DNA from: an uncultured archaeon | Lineage (GTDB): Archaea > Asgardarchaeota > Lokiarchaeia > Sigyniarchaeales > SOKP01 | Assembly: GCA_964632315.1 (NCBI GenBank) | Contig: CAZWEM010000018.1 | Span: forward strand, 7,894 to 31,893 | Direction of reading: 5' to 3' | DNA length: 24,000 bases | Shown here: in pieces, positions 15,551 through 23,491 of the stretch | How the letters are laid out: each line of letters opens with the position of its first letter | How positions within the stretch are numbered: the stretch's first letter is position 1 | Made by a program: the position numbers and the translations under genes | The notes under the pieces: generated by a model | Databases searched by the model: none | What the model saw: the letters and a program-made list of their open reading frames with translations, nothing else | What the model was told of the DNA's origin: nothing

Positions 15551-16090
15551 TTATTGATCTTTATATTTTTCATACAAATTCATAATTATTGCTTGAAATG
15601 CTTTATAAACCCCGTTTCCTGTTTTTGCTGAAGTTTTATAGTATCCAAGAAAATTTCTTTCATTAACAAGTTGAATTGCTTTATCATCATCTAAATTATC
15701 TAAATCTACTAGATCGATCTTGTTTCCAAATAGCATTATTGGAATATTTCCACAGTATTTTTTAATATCCTCATGCCATTCACTTACATCCTCAAAACTT
15801 TCCTCTTCATCTGGGTCATGGGAAAAAACAATTATTGCTGCCTTACTCCCCTTATAAAACGTAGGACGCATGAAACTGAACTGTTCTTGACCTGCAATAT
15901 CCCAGAAAAAAAGCTTTACGGCATTTCCCGCAATTTTTTCATCATATTTCGAAAATTGGGCTCCTAACGTCTTTATATATTCCTTTTGGAAACTGCCCTT
16001 CGTATATTTTCGTATCAATGATGTTTTGCCAACGCCCCCATTGCCTATTACAGTAATCTTGAATACAAAATCTTTCCTTTCCTCATTCAT
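15551..16090 (-). CDS. Ras-superfamily small GTPase, Rab-like
   Basis: 179 aa. G1 GNGGVGKTS, G3 WDIAGQE, G4 GNKID, G5 KTSAK. There is no C-terminal Cys motif (ends ...YEKYKDQ). Confidence 0.9.
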   Translation of the reverse strand: MNEERKDFVFKITVIGNGGVGKTSLIRKYTKGSFQKEYIKTLGAQFSKYDEKIAGNAVKLFFWDIAGQEQFSFMRPTFYKGSKAAIIVFSHDPDEEESFEDVSEWHEDIKKYCGNIPIMLFGNKIDLVDLDNLDDDKAIQLVNERNFLGYYKTSAKTGNGVYKAFQAIIMNLYEKYKDQ

Positions 16091-16270
16091 TTTACCATAA
16101 TCACTAAATTGTATTTTTCCGTATCTCTAATTAATTGGATTATTTATCCAAAAATAAACAATACATCATTTTTTATTTATATGGATTAATATAATAACAT
16201 TATACTTTAAAGTTTTTCAAATACTAATTTAGCTATATAATAAAAATTCAGCAAATAAAGCAGATTAGAC

Positions 16271-16732
16271 GTGATAGAAAGAATCACCAAAATTGTGGAT
16301 AATTTAGTTAAAAATCAAATTCGAATCGCTTTTGCGGAATCTTGCACAGGAGGTTATGTCTCTCACATGTTTACCAATATATCTGGGGTATCAAACACTT
16401 TTGATCGAGGTATAGTTTGTTATAGCAATGCTGCTAAAGTGCAACTATTAAATGTAGAATCCAAAACATTAGAAAAATATGGTGCCGTATCAGAGGAAGT
16501 TGCTAACCAATTAGCATTCAATCTCAGGATTCTTTCAAGCGTTGATATTGGTATTGGAATAACGGGAATCGCAGGACCTACTGGCGGAACTGAAGAAAAA
16601 CCCGTAGGTTTAGTATATATTGGGTTTTCAACTGAGAAAGAAACAGTTGTAAAAAAATTCCAATTTCATACTGACAGAATTGATTTTAAAAAGAAAATAT
16701 TAGAAAAGATTTTAGATTACTTTGAAACCTAA
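16271..16732 (+). CDS. cinA: CinA C-terminal domain protein / nicotinamide-nucleotide amidohydrolase (PncC-like)
   Basis: 153 aa with a GTG start. Motifs AESCTGG and GITGIAGPTGGTEEKPVGLVYIG are characteristic of the CinA/PncC domain. Confidence 0.85.
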   Translation: MIERITKIVDNLVKNQIRIAFAESCTGGYVSHMFTNISGVSNTFDRGIVCYSNAAKVQLLNVESKTLEKYGAVSEEVANQLAFNLRILSSVDIGIGITGIAGPTGGTEEKPVGLVYIGFSTEKETVVKKFQFHTDRIDFKKKILEKILDYFET

Positions 16733-17916
16733 TCTTCTATTATTTTTCCTTGTTCCATGATCATTTTTTTAGTGCCGTCTTTATACTCTATAGTGATATT
16801 TACTTTCGGAGCAGTGACAAAATCCCAATGCATCTGTGATTTTGAAGTTCCACCAAAAAGATTATTCATTCCGAATGCAACATGTACGCTACCAGTTATT
16901 TTTTCGTCGGTTAAGATGTATCCAATCCCTCGCGTTATTTTCGGGTTACATCCAATGCCTAATTCAGCCACATTATAAGTCCTTATTTCTGGAAGGTTAT
17001 TCTTTTTATCTATCTCTTCACATTGCTTAAAAGCTTCAATTAAAGTGTCTAAGTCATTATCGGCTGTAATATTATCAATTTGAAGTTTTCCGTCCTTAAA
17101 AGTTAAATTCACCCCTCTTATGATTCTCTTACTATCTCTTTCTCTCGTTATTGGACAAAATATTGTTCCCTCTCCTAATTTTTCATTTGGTGGGAAAAAT
17201 ACTTCCCCAGCTGGTAAATTTCCACCTAAATCTCCCATTTCAATCTGTTCATCAGATATTAAACCATCATCTAAAATTTTTGTCCTATTTTCTATAGAAA
17301 CCCAAAAATTTGTTCCAAAATCATCACTTACATGCACTTTTTTCGCATTTTCAAAATGTTTACCTATATTTTTCGTAATCTTGTGTAATTCTTCCATGGG
17401 TACTGCCATCCCGTCAACGCAAAACTTTTCAAGTAAATCATAATCTATTCCATAGTATTCTGCAGCACTCTCAGAGGGCCAACCAGCATATATCCATTTT
17501 TTTCCAGGTGCGAATTTTTCATTAGCACCATATAACACGTCTCTTATTGGAACCATCGATTTTGCATGTGATTTTAATCTATCCCGAGGGATATGATTCA
17601 TTATACCTGGATTTTCAAGAGGTTCGATAACGACATAGGCATCAATATTTTCGATTAATTTCAAGTAATGTGTATGCGTTTTTTCTAAAATTTCATTCTT
17701 AATTTTACCATCAGTATAAACAGAATGCGTATATTTATCTGAAGTTGATGAAATTCGAGGAAGCCCCCCATTTCTATAAGCTTCTAAGGCAATTTCTTCT
17801 AATAGCTCTTGTGAGTATATCCCTCCAGTTATAAACACACACTCTCCTTCTTTTTTGAAGTTAAGTGCTTTGATAATATTTTGAGCACATAGAACAATTT
17901 TTTTTTTATCAATCAT
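16729..17916 (-). CDS. M29-family aminopeptidase (AmpS/aminopeptidase T-like)
   Basis: 395 aa. Motifs LPAGEVFFPP, GIGCNP, HVAFG and SQMHWDF match the thermophilic metalloprotease (M29) family as I recall it. Confidence 0.8.
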   Translation of the reverse strand: MIDKKKIVLCAQNIIKALNFKKEGECVFITGGIYSQELLEEIALEAYRNGGLPRISSTSDKYTHSVYTDGKIKNEILEKTHTHYLKLIENIDAYVVIEPLENPGIMNHIPRDRLKSHAKSMVPIRDVLYGANEKFAPGKKWIYAGWPSESAAEYYGIDYDLLEKFCVDGMAVPMEELHKITKNIGKHFENAKKVHVSDDFGTNFWVSIENRTKILDDGLISDEQIEMGDLGGNLPAGEVFFPPNEKLGEGTIFCPITRERDSKRIIRGVNLTFKDGKLQIDNITADNDLDTLIEAFKQCEEIDKKNNLPEIRTYNVAELGIGCNPKITRGIGYILTDEKITGSVHVAFGMNNLFGGTSKSQMHWDFVTAPKVNITIEYKDGTKKMIMEQGKIIED

Positions 17917-18095
17917 AGGATTAAAAATATGTGTATCGATTTTATTTCTTATTAAAATCAGAAATATGAATCGTATCGATACTTAAGACTTAACAAAGAG
18001 TTTATTACATTGAATGTTTATATTAAATGTAGAATTATAGCACTTTATTCAGCTCTTATAAATATATATACACAATTCTTCTGGTAAATCCTAAT

Positions 18096-18560
18096 ATGGT
18101 TATTCGCGAAGCCGGCTTATTATTCAGGGGATTCACGCTTGTAAAGAAAAGCTATCATAAATCAACCTTAGGTAAAATCGATACCGACTTGCGGAGTGGG
18201 CTCTTAACCGCTATTCTTAATTTTGCAGAAACTGCATTTTCGAAGGATTTTATTGAATACTTCGAAGGTAAGAAGTATGTCATCGCTTTTAGGAAGGATC
18301 AAATAACAGCTGAAGATAGTTTTGAACCGGAACTTTTAATTTCTTACGCAATAATGGATAAAGAAAAACGCATAGAAAAATATATTCATAAAGTCGTTCA
18401 ACCCATACTAAAAATGATTGCTGACCAATTTAAGAGCAAGAATAATGGTAGAAATCTTTCAGAAGTGACCCAATTTAAATATTTTAAGGAAACCTTAGAT
18501 AAGCTGTTTGGTACTGATACAGAAAATGTGGATCAAAAATTAAAAGGAACATTTTATTAA
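18096..18560 (+). CDS. Hypothetical small protein with predicted longin/roadblock-like beta-beta-alpha-beta-beta-beta-alpha layout
   Basis: 154 aa. Strand-like VIREAGLLF and GFTLVKKSY are followed by the amphipathic helix DLRSGLLTAILNFAETAF. Strands FIEYFEGKKYVIAF and LLISYAIMD come next, then the helix IEKYIHKVVQPILKMIADQF. The fold assignment is inferred from the sequence pattern only. Confidence 0.5.
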   Translation: MVIREAGLLFRGFTLVKKSYHKSTLGKIDTDLRSGLLTAILNFAETAFSKDFIEYFEGKKYVIAFRKDQITAEDSFEPELLISYAIMDKEKRIEKYIHKVVQPILKMIADQFKSKNNGRNLSEVTQFKYFKETLDKLFGTDTENVDQKLKGTFY

Positions 18561-18564
18561 CATC

Positions 18565-19512
18565 TTACTTCTTTTTTACCTCTTTTAAATACCACAATAA
18601 AATTGGTAAAACAATTGAAGCATCAGATATAACTGTGGATCTTTGTGCGTTTTCTCCGATCTTTCCCCAAGAAATTGCTTCTTGCAATGTTGCACCGCTT
18701 AACCCTCCAGGTTCAGGACGATCCATGGTAATTTGAATAGCATAATCTGCAGAATTTGGGCAAAACTGGAGTGATTGAAATATAAAATTTTTTGGGACAC
18801 CTCCACCAATAATACAGACTCCCGCTTTTTTTGAATCCCACGCAATATCGACCATTTTAAGCATATCTTTAAAATGATTTAAATTCAAATTTTGATAATG
18901 AAATCCGAGTTGTAAAGCTAAGCCAGAATCTGTAAATGCTGGACAAAAAATGGGAATATCTTTCTCGGCGCATATTTTTAAAATTGATTTAGAACCTTTT
19001 GGTAACTGTTCTCCTAAATATTTTAAAAATTCACTTACAGGCATCGAATATTCAGGTATATCTAATTTCGAAACAAAATCTTCAATTCCTTCATACACCT
19101 CGTTAGGTAAAAATACATCATAAATTCGATTCATCTCATTGCTATGAAATTTCTGATCATCAAATTCATTTACGTTTAACTCTCCTTGAAGATGATGAAA
19201 ACCTAGACTTTCCGCAAGATCGTGAGTAAGATTTGCTCCAGTAGTTATTAAAACATCAATAAAATCCTCTTTTATAAAATCGTGAAGTATTCCTTGGAAT
19301 CCTGCAGGAACTAATGCACCTGCTAACCCAAAAAAAATCCTACAATCTTCTTCATTTATCATTTCCTCATAGATTTTACAAGCAAGTGCCATTCTTTTGG
19401 CGCTAAAACCAGTATTAGAAAGTTTTTTTATAAAATCGGTAATATTTTCATCATCATCTAAATGAAATTGATTTACTTCTTTATATTTCTTATTTGAATC
19501 TTCTTGAGTCAT
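18565..19512 (-). CDS. dys: Deoxyhypusine synthase
   Basis: 315 aa. It has the NAD-binding IGGGVPKNF and the catalytic-lysine motif EAISWGKI. TTGANLTHD is also conserved. Confidence 0.9.
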   Translation of the reverse strand: MTQEDSNKKYKEVNQFHLDDDENITDFIKKLSNTGFSAKRMALACKIYEEMINEEDCRIFFGLAGALVPAGFQGILHDFIKEDFIDVLITTGANLTHDLAESLGFHHLQGELNVNEFDDQKFHSNEMNRIYDVFLPNEVYEGIEDFVSKLDIPEYSMPVSEFLKYLGEQLPKGSKSILKICAEKDIPIFCPAFTDSGLALQLGFHYQNLNLNHFKDMLKMVDIAWDSKKAGVCIIGGGVPKNFIFQSLQFCPNSADYAIQITMDRPEPGGLSGATLQEAISWGKIGENAQRSTVISDASIVLPILLWYLKEVKKK

Positions 19513-19527
19513 TTTACATCATCATAT

Positions 19528-20430
19528 TTAAATAGAATGGGAAATAAATGAAATGAATTCAATAATCAGTTTTGCTGCTAAATTTGCTGTCATATTGTTA
19601 GGAGGATCCAAGTTTGGAGCGACCTCAACCAGATCGAAACCAATGATGTTAAAACTTTTTGCTAATGTCCTCAAAATGTTCCACATTTCTCTATATGATA
19701 ATCCTCCAGGGATAGCATATCCCGTTGCTGGTGCAATTGATGGATCTAAAACATCAATATCAATCGAAACATACAATTTTTTAATTTTAGAATTTTTGAA
19801 AAAATTAATAATGTCATTTGTAAGCTTTTGAAGTCCTAAATCAGAAAATAAAAATGCATCGTAGTGTGTTATATGCTCCTCATTTGCAATCTTCAATTCA
19901 GGGATGTCCATATCTCGAGTTCCAACAATTAAAAGTCTGTTGTTATCAACAAAATCTAAATCGTATATTCGGTGTGAGATCGTTGCATGAGAATATACTC
20001 CTTTATCCCACTCATCATATAAATCTAAATGGCTATCAAAAATTAGAATCCCAACATCATTATTTAAATTTAAATTTTTTCCCATAGATTTTACAACTGG
20101 GAAAGTACAAAAGTGATCTCCACCAATAGCAACAAGTACAATATTTTGTTTTTTGTTGTAAATTCTAGTTATAAAATCATTAATTTCCTTGAGATTTAAT
20201 TCTACGTTTGAATCAACTATTCTAATGTCCCCAGCATCAATCACTTTCAAACTTGGAATTTCAATTCCCATCTCTGTAGTCAAAGCTAAATTCGAAGTAA
20301 CGGCTCGAATTTTTGAAGGTGCTTCCGAAGCATTTGCATGCTGTGCAGAACTTAAATAATCCCACGGAATACCAAAAATTACAAATTCTGAATCATTTTG
20401 TATTTCTTCATTAAAGTCAAAAAAACTCAT
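19528..20430 (-). CDS. speB: Agmatinase / arginase-family ureohydrolase
   Basis: 300 aa. The Mn-binding motifs IGGDHFCT, FDSHLDL and SIDIDVLDPSIAPATG are present. Confidence 0.9.
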   Translation of the reverse strand: MSFFDFNEEIQNDSEFVIFGIPWDYLSSAQHANASEAPSKIRAVTSNLALTTEMGIEIPSLKVIDAGDIRIVDSNVELNLKEINDFITRIYNKKQNIVLVAIGGDHFCTFPVVKSMGKNLNLNNDVGILIFDSHLDLYDEWDKGVYSHATISHRIYDLDFVDNNRLLIVGTRDMDIPELKIANEEHITHYDAFLFSDLGLQKLTNDIINFFKNSKIKKLYVSIDIDVLDPSIAPATGYAIPGGLSYREMWNILRTLAKSFNIIGFDLVEVAPNLDPPNNMTANLAAKLIIEFISFISHSI

Positions 20431-20443
20431 GGATATCCTCCAA

Positions 20444-22159
20444 TTACATTTGTTCTAATGTATCAATTCCTAATAAATTCAAACCAACTTTAATCACAAT
20501 CTGAACACACACTATCAATAACAGTCTCGCTTTTTCTAACTCCTTATCTTCTGAAATTACTTGACAAGATACATAAAAAGAATTAAATGCTTGACATAGT
20601 GATAATAGATATTGTGGGATGTAATGAATGCTATAGGTAGATTCAACTGAGGAAATTATCTCTGGAAAATATGTTAATTGCTTAATAATTTTTAATTCGG
20701 TTTCATGGGTCAATAAATCCCACTTTACATCTAAATTTATTTTTATTTCCGATTTTGAAACAATCGAACTAATTCGAGCATAACAATATTGTATATAAGG
20801 TCCAGTTTCACCCTCAAAAGAGATACTTTCCTTTGGGTTAAAAATGAAACCTTTTGTAGGATTAAATTTTAATATATAAAATTTTAATGCTGCCAAACCG
20901 ATTATCTCAGCTCTCTTCTTCTTTTCTTGAGCATCTAAACTTGGATATCTTGAATCGACTTCATTCATTGCCAAATCTTCCATTTCTTCGATGATGTCAT
21001 CAGCATCAACTACAGTTCCTTCCCTACTTTTCATTTTACCGCTTGGTAAATCAACCATGCCATATGATAAATGATAATTATCACCCTCGAAACCGAGCAT
21101 ATCTAATACAGCAAATAACCATTTAAATACTTGAATTTGTTCATCAGCTACCACATAAATCGAGAGATCATAATTAAAATCCTCCTTCTTTTTATAAGCT
21201 AAATAAATATCTTGGGTGATATAAAGAGAGGTTCCATCATTTCTTATTAAAACCTTATTTTCAAGGTTATATTTTTCTTTTAATCTAGCGATAATGGCAC
21301 CATCATCTAATTTTTCGAAGATTCCTCTATTTAAACCATCAAATATTATCTCTTTTCCCTTCAAATAAAGATCTGATTCATAATATTCTTTATCAAAAGC
21401 GATTTCTAATTTTTGATAAGTTTCTTTAAATCCCTCAAGAGCCCATTTTCTCATCTTATTCCATAATGCTAGAGTTGAGGGATCATTATTTTCCCAAGAT
21501 CTTAATAACTTTCTTGCTTCTTCCTCTAAATTGGGCTTTTCTTTAACTTTTTCATTAAATTTGACGTAATAATTTCCGACAAAATGATCACTTTTTATGT
21601 CCGGTTTCTTATCATGACCCCATTTTTCATATGCTAGCATACTTTTACAAATGTGAATACCTCGATCATTATACAAATTCACTTGAAATACTTGATGTTT
21701 TTTATAAATTAGCAAGTTTGAAATTGATTTACCTAAAAGCATGTTTCTGATATGGCCGAAATGTAAGGGTTTATTTGTATTTGGAGATGGATATTCGATA
21801 ACTACTCTTAAGTGCTTTTTCTTATCTACTAAAATTTGACTTTCCTGCTTTCCGTAATCTTCCTTTTGTTTAAAAATAACTTCTAAAATGTGTTGTGTTT
21901 TAACTCTTATGTTTAAGTAAGGTCCTTCAGCTTCGACTATGTCAATAAAATCGGGAATTTCAAGTTTACTTTTTAAATCTAAGGCGATATCTTTAGGAGA
22001 TTTTTTTTCTTGTTTTGCTAATCTATAACAAGGGAACGCGTAGGTATAAACGTACTCATCCGGGGGAATCTCAATTAAATTGAATATTTCTTCCAGCGAA
22101 AAATAACTGATATAAGATTTTAATAATTCTGCAATTTTCAGTTTATCAATAACTTTCAT
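20444..22159 (-). CDS. argS: Arginine--tRNA ligase
   Basis: 571 aa. It has the class I HIGH motif PLHFGHIRN and a KMSKS-equivalent, SGKMKSREG. An N-terminal Add-1-like domain and a C-terminal anticodon-binding (DALR-like) region complete the protein. Confidence 0.95.
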   Translation of the reverse strand: MKVIDKLKIAELLKSYISYFSLEEIFNLIEIPPDEYVYTYAFPCYRLAKQEKKSPKDIALDLKSKLEIPDFIDIVEAEGPYLNIRVKTQHILEVIFKQKEDYGKQESQILVDKKKHLRVVIEYPSPNTNKPLHFGHIRNMLLGKSISNLLIYKKHQVFQVNLYNDRGIHICKSMLAYEKWGHDKKPDIKSDHFVGNYYVKFNEKVKEKPNLEEEARKLLRSWENNDPSTLALWNKMRKWALEGFKETYQKLEIAFDKEYYESDLYLKGKEIIFDGLNRGIFEKLDDGAIIARLKEKYNLENKVLIRNDGTSLYITQDIYLAYKKKEDFNYDLSIYVVADEQIQVFKWLFAVLDMLGFEGDNYHLSYGMVDLPSGKMKSREGTVVDADDIIEEMEDLAMNEVDSRYPSLDAQEKKKRAEIIGLAALKFYILKFNPTKGFIFNPKESISFEGETGPYIQYCYARISSIVSKSEIKINLDVKWDLLTHETELKIIKQLTYFPEIISSVESTYSIHYIPQYLLSLCQAFNSFYVSCQVISEDKELEKARLLLIVCVQIVIKVGLNLLGIDTLEQM

Positions 22160-22280
22160 TTTCAGACAATATTTCTTTAGCTAATATACTTAGATCGATT
22201 GAAACTTTTATCTGCTTTAATATATATATTTTAAATAGCTCATAAAATTTATGCTATTAACTAAAAATGGATGAGTTCTC

Positions 22281-23486
22281 ATGTCTTTTAAACGAGATAC
22301 CAAAAATAATTTTCCAAGTTGGCCAATATATGATGATTCTGAAATCAAAGCATTAGAAAACGTGATTAAGTCTGGTAATTGGTGGTGTGGTGCACCAGGG
22401 ACACCTGAAGGAGAAAATCTCTGGAAATTTCAAGAGGAATTCGCGAGATTTCAAGAAGCTAAGCATTGTATTGGTGTTTGTAATGGGACTGTCGGTATAG
22501 AAGCTGCGTTAATGGCATTAGGTATTGGTTTGGGTGATGAAGTGATTGTATCTGATTACACTTTTGTTGCCTCTGCCTCTGCTGTAATAGCTACAAATGC
22601 AGTGCCAATATTTTGTGATATTGATCCAGAAACTCTTGTTTTAGATGTTAATAAAGTTGATGAATTAATCACACCACGAACCAAAGCGATTATCTCAGTT
22701 CATTTAGGAGGAAATCCAGTAAAAATGGATGCATTATTAGAAATAGCACAAGAAAAAAATTTATATGTAGTAGAGGATTGTGCCCATGCTCATGGTTCAC
22801 GATATAAAGGTAAGCGACTAGGTAATTGGGGAGTTGCTGGAGCTTTTAGTTTTCAAGCATCTAAAGTGCTCACAGCTGGGGAGGGGGGTGCAATTATATG
22901 CAACTCTGATGATTTGGCTCACAAGATTTATTCTTATACTGATTGCGGAAGGAAGATAAATAACTATTCTTATAAACATTTTTCCTATGGGACTAATTAC
23001 AGAATGACTGAATATCAAGCGGCAGTACTTCGAGCTCAATTAAGAAAGTTTCCGAGTCAGCATGAGTTGAGGAATAAGAATGCTATATATCTCATGAAAG
23101 AACTTAATAAAATTGATGGAATAAAAGTGATGAAACCTACTCCTGGTACCTCAGAAATGGGTTGGTATGTATATCCCATAATTTTTGAACCAGAAAAATT
23201 TGGGGGGTTATCTAAATCTCAATTTTACAAGAAACTTAATAGAAGGGGGATTCCAACTGATGATTGTTATCCTCCTTTGCATACTCTAGATTGTTTTAAA
23301 AACTTTAATCTAAAAAAAGGGATAGATTATTCAAAAGCGAATTGGGGCGGAAATAAAAGTGAAAGCAAGAATTTTCCAATTGTTTCAGATATCTATTCTC
23401 GCAGCGTAGAGTTTCCTCAATTTATTCTTCTCGCATCCAAGCAAAAATTAGATGAGATTGTTGAATTTATCAAATCTTTAATTTAA
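22281..23486 (+). CDS. DegT/DnrJ/EryC1/StrS-family PLP-dependent sugar aminotransferase (second paralogue)
   Basis: 401 aa. Motifs GTVGIEAA, DCAHAHGS and the PLP-lysine motif FSFQASKVLTAGEGGAIICN are present. Confidence 0.9.
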   Translation: MSFKRDTKNNFPSWPIYDDSEIKALENVIKSGNWWCGAPGTPEGENLWKFQEEFARFQEAKHCIGVCNGTVGIEAALMALGIGLGDEVIVSDYTFVASASAVIATNAVPIFCDIDPETLVLDVNKVDELITPRTKAIISVHLGGNPVKMDALLEIAQEKNLYVVEDCAHAHGSRYKGKRLGNWGVAGAFSFQASKVLTAGEGGAIICNSDDLAHKIYSYTDCGRKINNYSYKHFSYGTNYRMTEYQAAVLRAQLRKFPSQHELRNKNAIYLMKELNKIDGIKVMKPTPGTSEMGWYVYPIIFEPEKFGGLSKSQFYKKLNRRGIPTDDCYPPLHTLDCFKNFNLKKGIDYSKANWGGNKSESKNFPIVSDIYSRSVEFPQFILLASKQKLDEIVEFIKSLI

Positions 23487-23491
23487 ATTTT

